DNA of 64,000 nt from Rhodothermales bacterium (GTDB lineage: Bacteria > Bacteroidota > Rhodothermia > Rhodothermales > Bin80): contig JAJECV010000070.1 of the NCBI GenBank assembly GCA_022821875.1, forward strand, positions 18,676 to 82,675, given 5' to 3'. The position numbers and the translations under genes were made by a program. The notes under the pieces were generated by a model. That model was not told the DNA's origin. It did not search any database and saw nothing but the letters and a program-made list of their open reading frames with translations. Of the stretch, positions 27,643 through 38,072 are shown one piece after another (position 1 is the stretch's first letter; the number at the start of each line of letters is the position of its first letter).

Positions 27643-29187
27643 ATGGAAATACCGCCATACCCTGTCGTTGATCTCTTCGCAGGGCCTGGAGGACTAGGAG
27701 AAGGATTTGCCACTGCCACGGGCAGCAGACGGCAAAACAATCCCCGATTTTTTCTGGCTGCATCTATTGAAAAGGATATCTGGGCATATAAGACATTGTA
27801 TCTTCGACATTTTTTTCGTCATTTTCCACCTGGAGAAGCCCCCGAAGCCTATTACCATTATCTGGATGGAGCCATTGAGTCTGCCGAACTCTTCGCCTCC
27901 CATCCTGACGCCTCCCATCACGCCCGAAAGTCTGCCCTGCACCTTACACTCGGTCAGGAAAACCATGCCGATGTTCGCAAAATCATCGCTGAACGGCTAT
28001 CAAATGCTTCTCTTTGGGTACTGATTGGAGGCCCTCCCTGTCAGGCATACTCAGTGGCGGGAAGATCACGCATGCAAAATATGCCTGAGTTTAAACATGA
28101 TGAGCGCCACCTCCTTTACAGAGAATATCTGAGAGTCATTGCCGAGCACACTCCGCCCATCTTCGTAATGGAAAATGTAAGAGGCCTGCTTTCCGCCACA
28201 TATAACGGAGATTCCATCTTCCAGATGATCCTGGAAGATCTGAAAAATCCAGGCAGTGCTCTTGGTGTACTCAGTGCCCGTTCACCCGGATATGAACTCC
28301 ACGGGCTTTACTGCCCCAAAACTTTAACCGGCCCGGCACAGCCAGGCGAATTCCTGATAAAGTCTGAACTGCACGGCGTACCCCAGACCCGGCATCGGGT
28401 ATTCATTGTAGGAGTCCGAAGCGATCTGGATATTGAACTTCCACAGCTGACAACCAGAGAACCTCCAACAGTGGAGCAGACGATTGGACAGTTGCCTAAA
28501 ATTCGCAGTGGAATTACGGGGAGACCAGACACTCTTGAAACATGGACAAAGGCAATTGCCTCCCTGGATAAGATGAATTTTGAAAACTGTGCCCACACAG
28601 AAACGATTCGTAACGAAGTGACCTCTGTATTTGAATTCGTACCGGGCCTATTCCGAAGACGGGACAGCTCTTATCCAGCGCAATCAGCAGATACAGACGA
28701 TGCGGTCGCATTCATGTACGATCCACGCATGCGTACATTGACCGGACATGAATCACGGGCGCATATGCCCTCGGATCTCCGGCGCTATGCATATGCAGCA
28801 GCATTCGCGAAAGTCACGGGCAAGAGCCCGCGGCTGCGTGACTTTCCATCCGCCTTGCTCCCGGCTCATCGTGATGTCACAAATGGCGGAGTTGAGAAAA
28901 ATTTTACAGACCGTTTCAGAGTACAGCTGCCTCACCGCCCTGCCTCTACGATCACTGCACATATAGCCAAAGATGGTCATTTCTATATCCATTACGACCT
29001 GGAGCAATGCAGGAGTTTAACGGTGCGTGAGGCAGCACGACTGCAAACCTTCCCGGACAATTATAAATTTGAGGGCCCCCGGACTCAACAGTATCGTCAA
29101 ATCGGAAACGCAGTGCCCCCGTATCTTGCCCGCCAGATTGGAGATGTTGTTGCTGACGCACTGGATGCGGCTAAGGAGAAATTATAA
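27643..29187 (+). CDS. DNA (cytosine-5)-methyltransferase
   Basis: Motif I 'VVDLFAGPGGLGEGF', IV 'GGPPCQAYSVAGR', VI 'ENVRGLL', X 'QIGNAVPP'. ATG 27643 is preferred to GTG 27631. Confidence 0.9.
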   Translation: MEIPPYPVVDLFAGPGGLGEGFATATGSRRQNNPRFFLAASIEKDIWAYKTLYLRHFFRHFPPGEAPEAYYHYLDGAIESAELFASHPDASHHARKSALHLTLGQENHADVRKIIAERLSNASLWVLIGGPPCQAYSVAGRSRMQNMPEFKHDERHLLYREYLRVIAEHTPPIFVMENVRGLLSATYNGDSIFQMILEDLKNPGSALGVLSARSPGYELHGLYCPKTLTGPAQPGEFLIKSELHGVPQTRHRVFIVGVRSDLDIELPQLTTREPPTVEQTIGQLPKIRSGITGRPDTLETWTKAIASLDKMNFENCAHTETIRNEVTSVFEFVPGLFRRRDSSYPAQSADTDDAVAFMYDPRMRTLTGHESRAHMPSDLRRYAYAAAFAKVTGKSPRLRDFPSALLPAHRDVTNGGVEKNFTDRFRVQLPHRPASTITAHIAKDGHFYIHYDLEQCRSLTVREAARLQTFPDNYKFEGPRTQQYRQIGNAVPPYLARQIGDVVADALDAAKEKL

Positions 29188-29615
29188 TGGCAGATCATCT
29201 CTCAAAGGAACGGCGCAGCTGGAATATGTCCAGAATCAAAGGACAGAACACCACTCCCGAACTCAAACTCCGTTCATGCCTTCACCGGCTGGGATTTCGG
29301 TTTCGTATTCATGACACGAAACTGCCCGGCAAACCGGATATCGTGATGGCAAAGTACCGCACCGTTGTCTTCGTACACGGCTGCTTCTGGCATCGTCACC
29401 ATGGATGCAGACACACATCCACCCCGAAATCCAATCAGTCTTTTTGGCTTGAAAAATTTCGTAGAACGCTTGATCGGGATCAACAGAATTTCAAAGCACT
29501 CAATAATATGGGCTGGCAGGTCCTCATCGTCTGGGAATGTGAAATTAACTCGGATACGAATCAGGCAGCACTGCGAATAGCACGCCATCTCGGGGAGGTT
29601 GAATATGCCGCATGA
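29187..29615 (+). CDS. vsr: Very-short-patch repair endonuclease
   Basis: 'RSWNMSRIKGQNTTPE', 'LPGKPDIV' and 'VVFVHGCFWHRH' are classic Vsr motifs. The start overlaps the MTase stop (TAATG). Confidence 0.9.
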   Translation: MADHLSKERRSWNMSRIKGQNTTPELKLRSCLHRLGFRFRIHDTKLPGKPDIVMAKYRTVVFVHGCFWHRHHGCRHTSTPKSNQSFWLEKFRRTLDRDQQNFKALNNMGWQVLIVWECEINSDTNQAALRIARHLGEVEYAA

Positions 29616-31083
29616 AATGCGCCTCCCGCCAAGTGCAGCATCCCTGTCCGCTTCAATGCGTGATATTGGATATTCACTGGAGACCGCTGTCGCAGACCTG
29701 ATTGATAACAGCATTTCAGCCAATGCAGGGAAAATAGACATTTACTGCATCACCGATACGGAAGAGCCCGTTATGGCCATTATTGATGATGGCCATGGGA
29801 TGGGAGCAGATGAGCTCATCCATGCCATGAAGCACGGCGGGACCGGCCGAAACCGAGAGCGAACGCCGCACGATCTCGGAAAATTCGGACTGGGACTGAA
29901 AACGGCCTCCTTCTCCCAGTGCAAACGCCTTACCGTTGTGAGTCGAAGGGGCGAAGAACTTAATGCAGCCGAATGGGATCTTGATATTGTGGACAACCGG
30001 GACGACTGGATCATCTCTCTTCTGAGTGAGGCAGAAATCCACAGACTTCCCTGTTTTGAACTACTGCCAGAGCGCGGAACCATGGTGCTCTGGCGTAATC
30101 TGGATCGGCTTTTCGGGGACTGTGAAGGGCCGGAGCGGCAGGAGTTGGTCAACAAACAGTTGGCTGAGATGCAACAGCATATTGCGCTGGTATTTCACCG
30201 GTTCATGGAGGGAAGTGTCCCATGGTCCAATCAATTACATATCTGTGTAAACGGCCACAGAGTCGATCCCTTTGATCCGTTTTGCCGGGATCATTCGGCG
30301 ACTCAGCATCAACCGCTCGAACGCATCCGCATCAAGTCTCAGGAAATTCTGCTTCAGGGATATATCCTGCCGCACCACAGCAAACTTTCTGCACAGAAAT
30401 TTAATCTATACAAAGATCAAAGCAGTTTTTTTGAGAATCAGGGAGTCTACGTATACAGGAACTGCCGCCTGGTTGCATGGGGAGGCTGGTTCCGTCTGAT
30501 TGCTAAAAAGAAAGCCGCACAACTGGCACGGGTCCAGATTGATTTCCCGAGTTCACTTGATGACTGGTGGACGATTGACATCAAAAAATCACGCGTCCAG
30601 CCTCCTCCGGCCGTCCGCACCCGCCTGCGTCAGATTCTGGACCGGATTATCACACCCAGCAAAAGGGTCTACCGGGAACGAGGACAGCGACTTATCCCGG
30701 ATGATCCTTATTCATTATGGGAACGGATCGCAAATCACACAGGCATCCGATATGTTTTGAACAGCAGGCACCCGCTGATTCAAAATTTGGCAAAGAAACT
30801 TGACCAGATCGGTCAGTCTAAATTGAACTTGCTTATTAATTCGGCCGGGGATGATCTTCCGGTGGACAGCATCTGCATGGATTGGAATGACAATCCGCAG
30901 AAACTATACTCTTCAAATCAGATAAATGAGTCCATCACGAAGCGCCTTGAACAGCTCCATAACAGTCTTCCGGAAGACTTGCAGTACGATATGGACGCAT
31001 TTCGTGAATTAGTGGAGGCGACCCACCTCTTTGATCAACACCGGGATATTGTTGACGCTTACATCGAACAGTGGCAATCATAA
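29605..31083 (+). CDS. GHKL (MutL/MORC-like, HATPase_c_3) ATPase
   Basis: N-box 'AVADLIDNSISA', G1 'IIDDGHGMG', G2 'LGKFGLGLKTAS'. The start is ambiguous (TTG 29599, ATG 29605 or ATG 29617). Confidence 0.8.
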   Translation: MPHEMRLPPSAASLSASMRDIGYSLETAVADLIDNSISANAGKIDIYCITDTEEPVMAIIDDGHGMGADELIHAMKHGGTGRNRERTPHDLGKFGLGLKTASFSQCKRLTVVSRRGEELNAAEWDLDIVDNRDDWIISLLSEAEIHRLPCFELLPERGTMVLWRNLDRLFGDCEGPERQELVNKQLAEMQQHIALVFHRFMEGSVPWSNQLHICVNGHRVDPFDPFCRDHSATQHQPLERIRIKSQEILLQGYILPHHSKLSAQKFNLYKDQSSFFENQGVYVYRNCRLVAWGGWFRLIAKKKAAQLARVQIDFPSSLDDWWTIDIKKSRVQPPPAVRTRLRQILDRIITPSKRVYRERGQRLIPDDPYSLWERIANHTGIRYVLNSRHPLIQNLAKKLDQIGQSKLNLLINSAGDDLPVDSICMDWNDNPQKLYSSNQINESITKRLEQLHNSLPEDLQYDMDAFRELVEATHLFDQHRDIVDAYIEQWQS

Positions 31084-33734
31084 TGGCAAACCGGCTGGAA
31101 ATCGAAAATTATATCGTGAACTCGCTGATTCTCTCCATGCAGCACCTGTCGGGCCTGTCAACCGGCGAAGTCAGGCAAAAAGCAGACCAACTTGCCGGAG
31201 TGATGGATTTTCACGGAAATCTTGACCCTCTGATTAAGAGAGCTGAGATTTCAATCACCACTACAATGGAATCCGGAGTCTCCCTGATTCAGCCGGATTC
31301 TCAACATAACACTGACTGGGCTGACAGACTGCCAGACAGCGACTGGATCTATACAAGTGGGTACTTCCGTTATCTGGCATCCTACGGATGGTCCGACAGG
31401 ATGCAGCAGTCACTTCGTGATGTAAGCAAAATAATACTTGGGCTGTTGAAGGATCCAGCTTCTGATGGAACCTGGGACAGACGCGGTCTGGTAATCGGCA
31501 GTGTGCAATCCGGGAAAACAGCCAACTACCTCGCCCTGATAGCACGGGCCGCAGACGCAGGATACAAATTCATCATCGTCATCGCGGGGATCCAGAATGC
31601 CCTCCGAAGCCAGACCCAGAGACGCATTGAAGAAGGATTTGTGGGCCGGCACTCGGAAACAAAAAAACCGATCGGTGTAGGACAGATCATCCCGAATTTT
31701 CCTCATCCGATGACACTCACAACCATCAGTGATGATTTCAATAAGCAAATCGCCCGGCAGAGTATATATAAACTGACCGACTTCAGTACACCGATTATTC
31801 TGGTCATCAAGAAAAACGTGAGCGTTCTGCGTTCCCTTTACGGGTGGTTAAAGGACATGAATGCTCACGGGGTAGATCAAATTGAATCGGCCCCGATGCT
31901 GCTGATTGACGATGAGGCTGACCATGCCTCAATTAATACAAATAACCCCGACCATGACCCTACCAGAACCAATCAGCTGATCCGTAAAATTCTGAAGCTT
32001 TTTGCAAAATCCAGTTTCGTAGGATACACTGCCACACCGTTTGCCAACATCTTCATCACACCGGAGGACAGGGATGATTTATTCCCGCGTGACTTCATCT
32101 ACTGCCTTGACCCGCCAAGCAGTTACTTCGGACCGGACAAGGTATTCTCTCAGGAAGATTCTTACAACGGGTTCACCGTCCCAATCACTGACTGTGAGGA
32201 TATACTGCCTCTGGCTCATAAAAAAGATCACGAGATATTTGAACTGCCAACCAGTTTATGCAAGGCTGTCAGCGAATTCATCATTGCAAGAACCATTCGG
32301 GATCTGCGGGGACATGAAGCACACCACTGTTCTATGATGATCAATGTATCACGATTCGTGAACGTTCAGAAAATCGTTCGTGATCTGGTCAGTCTCTACC
32401 TGCAAAAGCTCAAGTCTGCAATCTTGGCGAATTATGCAATGCCGGATCTGATTGCTTCCCGCAATGCCTACATGAAAACCTTAAAAGAAGTATACGAAGA
32501 GACCTACTCTCACTGTGACATCTCCTGGAAGAAAATCAAACCCGGACTTCACGACGCAATCATCAGCACTCGTCTGTTTTTGATCAACAGTAAATCTGAC
32601 CAAAAACTGGACTACCGGAAATATGAATCCGATGGCAGGGGGCTGACTGCAATTGCCATTGGAGGGCTCAGCCTTTCGCGCGGGCTGACTTTGCAGGGAT
32701 TGTGCGTAAGCTATATCTATCGGAGTACACGCATGTACGACACGCTTATGCAGATGGGGCGATGGTTTGGCTACCGCATCGGCTACGAGGATCTTTGCCG
32801 GATTCACCTGTCCAGGGATGCGATTTCGTGGTATTCATACATCACCAATGCCTCATCCGAACTGGTTGCCCAGATTCGGGAAATGAGGCTGCTTGATAAA
32901 ACTCCCACGGATTTCGGACTGCACGTAAGGTCACATCCTGATCAGCTTCTCGTCACATCACCAGGAAAAATGCAACGCGGGGAAAAAATCAACCTGCGGC
33001 ATAATTACGGAGGGCAGCACAGAGAATTTGCAATCCTGCCGCTGGATCCCTCCATAAATTCCAGAAATGAAAAACTTATAACTGACATCTGGGAAACGGA
33101 AACGCTTCAGCGTGCAAAGCGGCCGGGAAAAGAAACCAGCAAGGGATGGATTGTGCGCCGTGTGCCTGTGGAACGGGTGGAGAAGTTTTTGGTGCAATTC
33201 ACCACACACACGGCTCTTGAATACAAAAAAGAGGGGATCATTGAATATCTGAGGGCTAAATCCGACCTGTACCACACATGTGATGTGGTTCTTGTTTCTA
33301 TTGAGAGCCGGGAGGATAAGACGAAACGGCTGCATCTGGGAGCCCAGCAAAGAGCTTCCGGAAACGAAATCAAAAATGACCGATGGTGCCTCCGTAACAA
33401 TCGGGTAACCAGTCGAGGCGATGAGGGGCTCGGCTTGTCAAAACAGCAGGTTCATGAGGCGCAAAGGGAGGCAGCGAAAGACGATAAACCGGAAAACCTG
33501 AGCGGCTGGCACTATCGAAGAGTACGGAAACGCCCCCTGCTCATGATCCATGTGATGACCGGCGAAACGGGGTCTGCACTCGAAAACGTCCGAATCCCGA
33601 CGATCAGTATGAGTTTCCCGCCGGACAATTATACCACAGAGGTTGATGTCGTGGCAAACCCGGTGTATATCCAGCAGGAATTATTTGCTATTCACGGCGA
33701 AGAGGATCCCGACTGGGATGCAGAGGAAGATTAA
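31083..33734 (+). CDS. Z1 domain protein (SF2-helicase-like NTPase)
   Basis: Walker A 'GSVQSGKTANY' and 'LLIDDEADHASINT'. Its large size and position next to the GHKL, PD-(D/E)XK and AIPR genes fit. ATG 31083 overlaps the upstream TAA. Confidence 0.75.
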   Translation: MANRLEIENYIVNSLILSMQHLSGLSTGEVRQKADQLAGVMDFHGNLDPLIKRAEISITTTMESGVSLIQPDSQHNTDWADRLPDSDWIYTSGYFRYLASYGWSDRMQQSLRDVSKIILGLLKDPASDGTWDRRGLVIGSVQSGKTANYLALIARAADAGYKFIIVIAGIQNALRSQTQRRIEEGFVGRHSETKKPIGVGQIIPNFPHPMTLTTISDDFNKQIARQSIYKLTDFSTPIILVIKKNVSVLRSLYGWLKDMNAHGVDQIESAPMLLIDDEADHASINTNNPDHDPTRTNQLIRKILKLFAKSSFVGYTATPFANIFITPEDRDDLFPRDFIYCLDPPSSYFGPDKVFSQEDSYNGFTVPITDCEDILPLAHKKDHEIFELPTSLCKAVSEFIIARTIRDLRGHEAHHCSMMINVSRFVNVQKIVRDLVSLYLQKLKSAILANYAMPDLIASRNAYMKTLKEVYEETYSHCDISWKKIKPGLHDAIISTRLFLINSKSDQKLDYRKYESDGRGLTAIAIGGLSLSRGLTLQGLCVSYIYRSTRMYDTLMQMGRWFGYRIGYEDLCRIHLSRDAISWYSYITNASSELVAQIREMRLLDKTPTDFGLHVRSHPDQLLVTSPGKMQRGEKINLRHNYGGQHREFAILPLDPSINSRNEKLITDIWETETLQRAKRPGKETSKGWIVRRVPVERVEKFLVQFTTHTALEYKKEGIIEYLRAKSDLYHTCDVVLVSIESREDKTKRLHLGAQQRASGNEIKNDRWCLRNNRVTSRGDEGLGLSKQQVHEAQREAAKDDKPENLSGWHYRRVRKRPLLMIHVMTGETGSALENVRIPTISMSFPPDNYTTEVDVVANPVYIQQELFAIHGEEDPDWDAEED

Positions 33735-33750
33735 CATCATCCAGCCTATT

Positions 33751-34755
33751 ATGACAACCGACTATCCTGAATCTCAACCGCACACTACCCCCTGGGATGA
33801 CATCAGGCAGCCCGATGCAGACTACAATGTTCGGCGCGTATATTCCAATGCACTGATCCCCACTTTCTGGGGCAAAGATGTGCACGGGAACTGCCTTCTT
33901 ATCACGGAACTTGAAGGAGATCATCAGAAAGCATTCCTGAACGCAAATCTGAACATTCAAGGTATTGATGTTGATCTGCGTCAGCGTTCAAGAAAACAGG
34001 AGCAGACTCTGGTGCTCACTCTGACCAGTCATTCCAATCTTGATCTTTTCTATGCACTCTGCAAACCACTGACGCGGAATCTCCGTGATGTTTCAAATTC
34101 GAGAACTGCTCTGACCATTGCGCTTAATCAGTTAAAACGCTGGCAGCGGTTCCTTGCAGGAAAAAGACCGCGCCTGCTGTCTCCCTGGGAAGTCCGCGGC
34201 CTTTTTGCAGAACTGCATTTTCTCAAACTGCTCTACACCCATCTCCTGAATCACGATGAAGCACTCAATGCATGGACTGGGCCGAAGGGGGGGAATCAGG
34301 ACTTCGTGTTTGGAAACACGGCCGCAGAAATCAAAACCATTTCGAATCAGGGGCCTAATCTTTTCAACATCGCCTCCGAAAACCAGTTGGAGAGCCCGGC
34401 AGAAAAACTGTATCTCACGGCAAGTCGCATCATTGAAAGTTCTGAACTCTCCTCGGCCATCTCGCTCAACGAAATGGTCACAAGGATTGAAAGTGATCTG
34501 ACTGGAAGTTCCGTACGTGATGAGTATCAGACCAAACTTGCCGAAGCCGGGTATGTGGAACTCCCCTACTATGACAATCCATCCATGCAGATTGCTGAAA
34601 TACGTGTATACGAAATCACTGATGAGTTCCCCCGGATTATCCGGTCCCAAATACCCGATGGAATTCAGAATGTGAAATACCAGCTGCAGATTGAGTCTCT
34701 AGAACCTTTCATCTGCCCACTTGAAACAATTTGGAATGTGAACCGATGCAACTGA
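33751..34755 (+). CDS. PD-(D/E)XK motif nuclease-family protein
   Basis: 'GGNQDFVFGNTAAEIKT' gives D...E-x-K. It lies between the Z1 and AIPR genes. An alternative start is ATG 33718. Confidence 0.6.
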   Translation: MTTDYPESQPHTTPWDDIRQPDADYNVRRVYSNALIPTFWGKDVHGNCLLITELEGDHQKAFLNANLNIQGIDVDLRQRSRKQEQTLVLTLTSHSNLDLFYALCKPLTRNLRDVSNSRTALTIALNQLKRWQRFLAGKRPRLLSPWEVRGLFAELHFLKLLYTHLLNHDEALNAWTGPKGGNQDFVFGNTAAEIKTISNQGPNLFNIASENQLESPAEKLYLTASRIIESSELSSAISLNEMVTRIESDLTGSSVRDEYQTKLAEAGYVELPYYDNPSMQIAEIRVYEITDEFPRIIRSQIPDGIQNVKYQLQIESLEPFICPLETIWNVNRCN

Positions 34756-36593
34756 CACTTGAGGAGTATTTTAACGAGTTCCGCAGGCAATTGCAGATTG
34801 ATGCAGAGAATAACTTTCAACGTAGCACTTTTCTCGAAACAGTCTCAGAAGAACTGAAAGAGACCGGTGCGATTAATGGATTTGAACCCTGCTATTACGA
34901 CCGGGAAAGCGGCAAAAAAGGCGGTATCAAGGTGGATGGATTCTATTTCAATGAAGACGGCACCACACTGGACCTGCACATTGCCGATTTTGAAAATAGA
35001 GTCACACTTGAGTCACTGAACAAGAAAGACTATGAAAGTGTGTTTGGGAAATGCCGCCGATTTTTTCTGACTGCCAGAAATAACCATCTCCATCTGGATC
35101 TTGATGAAACAGCACCTGAGTATCGGTTAGCCCGCGGAATCTATGACCGGAAAGACCGGATCCGACGCGTCAACTTCATCTTATCCTCTGAGCGGAAACT
35201 GAGCACACACAAAAAGGTGCTTGATACGCACGACTTAAGCGGTGTTAAAGCAGTCTACTCCATCTGGGATATCTCACGGCTGCACCGGCAGTACTGTTCA
35301 CGCGGAGGTCAAGAACCGCTTGATGTGGATTTCAAGGCCATGTTTCAGCAGGGGCTGCCATGTCTCAGGGCACATGTGGGGACCAACGTTTTCCGCACCT
35401 ACCTCGTGGTGATTTCCGGGAAAATTCTGGCAGGCCTGTATGAAGAGTTCGGGGCACGCCTACTGGAGCAGAATGTTCGGTGCTTCCTGCAGGCACGCGG
35501 AAATGTAAATAAAGGCATCCGGGATACTCTGATCCATGAACCCCACAATTTTTTTGCCTACAACAACGGTATAACCGCCACTGCACGGGATATTAAACTC
35601 AATGAGGACCGGAGCAGGATTATGCATATCCAAGATCTCCAGATTGTGAATGGCGGGCAGACAACCGCCTCGCTGTACCACATATCTCAGGCCAAAAATT
35701 CGCCGGATCTGTCCAGGGTTTTCGTCCAGATGAAACTCTCTGAAATAAGCGACAACCGCAGCATGGAGATCGTGCATAACATTGCCAAATATGCAAATAC
35801 CCAGAATAGAGTAAGCATTCCGGACCTCCGGTCGAATCATCCGTTCCATGTTCAGATGGAACAGTTTTCCCGCCGTATATGGGTTCCCGCCATCGAAGGT
35901 CAGTTTAAGGAGACAAAGTGGTTCTATGAACGCTCCCGGGGGCAATATGCAGATGCTCAATCCAGAATGACCCCGGGAGAAAAGAAGCGGTTCAAGACGG
36001 AATATCCTAAAAGATTCACCAAGACTGATCTTGCTAAATTTGAGAATGTCTGGGATGAAGAGCCGTTTTGGGTGAACTTAGGGGCACAGAAGAATTTTAT
36101 CCAGTACATGGAGAGAATCAGCAAGGCATGGGAAGAGTCCTCAGAGCAGTTTGACGAGACCTATTATCAAAGGGTGGTCGCCCGTGCCATCGTTTTCAAA
36201 GAAACCGAGCGACTCATCTCACGGCAGTACTGGTATCGGAAGCGGAGCGGGTATCGAGCCAATATTGTAGCATACACAATCGCAACCGCCAATGCGCTCG
36301 GAAAAAACAGGGACAGGATGTTGGATCACCAGAAAATCTGGAAAGATCAGGGAATTGACGATTCCTTCCGAGACCAGCTTGCCCTGATCGCGACCTTCGT
36401 CAGAGATGTTTTATACCTTGACGACAGACCGATTGACAACTGCTCGGAATGGGCGAAAAAGAAGGAATTCTGGACACACCTCAAACGAGATATGCCTGAA
36501 ATGAACCGAGAACTGACGAGGGATTTCTGGCGCTATTTCGTGCCAACTGAAGAAGTGACTCGCAGCCCCAGCGGGGAGAGTCTTGTCAAATAA
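34746..36593 (+). CDS. AIPR (abortive-infection phage resistance) family protein
   Basis: It has a 'FFAYNNGITATA' core motif at about 615 aa. It overlaps the upstream gene by 10 nt. Confidence 0.7.
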   Translation: MQLTLEEYFNEFRRQLQIDAENNFQRSTFLETVSEELKETGAINGFEPCYYDRESGKKGGIKVDGFYFNEDGTTLDLHIADFENRVTLESLNKKDYESVFGKCRRFFLTARNNHLHLDLDETAPEYRLARGIYDRKDRIRRVNFILSSERKLSTHKKVLDTHDLSGVKAVYSIWDISRLHRQYCSRGGQEPLDVDFKAMFQQGLPCLRAHVGTNVFRTYLVVISGKILAGLYEEFGARLLEQNVRCFLQARGNVNKGIRDTLIHEPHNFFAYNNGITATARDIKLNEDRSRIMHIQDLQIVNGGQTTASLYHISQAKNSPDLSRVFVQMKLSEISDNRSMEIVHNIAKYANTQNRVSIPDLRSNHPFHVQMEQFSRRIWVPAIEGQFKETKWFYERSRGQYADAQSRMTPGEKKRFKTEYPKRFTKTDLAKFENVWDEEPFWVNLGAQKNFIQYMERISKAWEESSEQFDETYYQRVVARAIVFKETERLISRQYWYRKRSGYRANIVAYTIATANALGKNRDRMLDHQKIWKDQGIDDSFRDQLALIATFVRDVLYLDDRPIDNCSEWAKKKEFWTHLKRDMPEMNRELTRDFWRYFVPTEEVTRSPSGESLVK

Positions 36594-36620
36594 CACGAAA
36601 ACCGCTGCTGACGGTAGACA

Positions 36621-38072
36621 CTAGTGCAATGCCCGGTCAAGTAGTTGTCGGTCAAGTTTATTGTCAATCTCGTAGGGAAAACGCTGAATAAATATATCAC
36701 GTGCAGTCCGCCATGGATCATTGTCAGAAGTTTGAAGATTAGCGGCCGTTCCCCACCAATTCTCCCCCTGGGTTGAGAGACAGAATGCAACGTAGTTGGC
36801 GAGAAATCCAGCATCTACTTGATTCTGGGCCGCAACTGTCTGAACGGCACGCTTCATTTTTCTAACTTCCCCCTTCGCCGTGCTGACACACTCTTGTAAT
36901 AGAATATCAGCTTTGCCATTGAGAACTACATCGGCAGCGAATTTGTTGGCGGCTAATTCTTCCGGAGAATCCCTGTACTCCGGCATTGTTTTATCCAACT
37001 TAATTACCTCAAGCGTATCGTCATCCGGCATTTGACCTGCGTGATATAACTCATGTAGCAGATCAAACTGCCATCTTGATTCATAGGCTGAATTCTGTTT
37101 CAATACAATGACATTACGATGTTCATATCTCCAGCACGCCCCATGAAATTTACCGGAGTCACACAGCGGTAAGATGGCTACACCAAAGTCCCAGGCGGTG
37201 TGCAAAAGATTTTGGAGACTAATACTGCCATATCTTTCAACTACGTATTCTCTAAAAACACCGGGGTTGGTAGGTACCGTATCTCTGGGGAGAGACTTTG
37301 ATCCATTCAGGACGAGTACGGCAAGATAATTGGCGTACGCTGCATACAGATCAATGGCATCCTGCCTGCGCCTGAGAGGCATTTTAAATCTCGCTTCGGC
37401 TGTAGCGAACTTTGGTGGTTCAAGTCTATCTGAACCGAATAAACCCTCACTGTTCCAACCGAAGATACGGTTCAGTACCACGGCAGTTCTGGCAGCAAGT
37501 GCAGTGTTTTCGTCCTGCGTCTCAATTTCACCCATAGCAAGGGATTTATCCCCCGAGGTCAGCAAACGATCTAATACAAATTTTTTCTCCAGACCGGCAT
37601 TGCGAAGCTTCTTGAGCAGAACCTGAAAATTCCCAGGCTGCACATGCAAAAAAATGTCATTCCTTATGTGCAATTCAAGGGCATCTGCTACTTCACGCAG
37701 GCGACTGTAACTAGCAGATGCATAACGCGTCGCTTCGTAACGCTGGATCTGCTGCTGTTTCAAACCCATTCGGAGAGCCAGATCCTGCTGGGTCAGACCA
37801 CTGGCAATTCGTGCTTTGATCAGCCCCTCGCCTAGTTCGTCAAACGAATTGACGCTGAATACTGAAGAACTTTGAGACTTTAGTCGATCATATTCATCCA
37901 GTTCGGCTGTAAGGTCTGCCAGCTGACTTTCCATCCCCTCACGCTCTGCTTGAATCAGGCGAGGTGATATATCCTTGCGATTCGCCTGATTGGATACAAG
38001 TTCCTCAATCGCCTCACGAAATTGATCCGCCTTCTTGCGGGTGATCCTGTACTGTCGCTCGTTGGTAATCAT
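36621..38072 (-). CDS. XRE-family HTH fused to ImmA/IrrE-type (DUF955) metallopeptidase
   Basis: HTH 'SGLTQQDLALRMGLKQQQIQRYE' and zinc motif 'LLHELYHAG' (HExxH). The ATG is embedded in an ATGA overlap with the upstream small ORF. Confidence 0.75.
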   Translation of the reverse strand: MITNERQYRITRKKADQFREAIEELVSNQANRKDISPRLIQAEREGMESQLADLTAELDEYDRLKSQSSSVFSVNSFDELGEGLIKARIASGLTQQDLALRMGLKQQQIQRYEATRYASASYSRLREVADALELHIRNDIFLHVQPGNFQVLLKKLRNAGLEKKFVLDRLLTSGDKSLAMGEIETQDENTALAARTAVVLNRIFGWNSEGLFGSDRLEPPKFATAEARFKMPLRRRQDAIDLYAAYANYLAVLVLNGSKSLPRDTVPTNPGVFREYVVERYGSISLQNLLHTAWDFGVAILPLCDSGKFHGACWRYEHRNVIVLKQNSAYESRWQFDLLHELYHAGQMPDDDTLEVIKLDKTMPEYRDSPEELAANKFAADVVLNGKADILLQECVSTAKGEVRKMKRAVQTVAAQNQVDAGFLANYVAFCLSTQGENWWGTAANLQTSDNDPWRTARDIFIQRFPYEIDNKLDRQLLDRALH

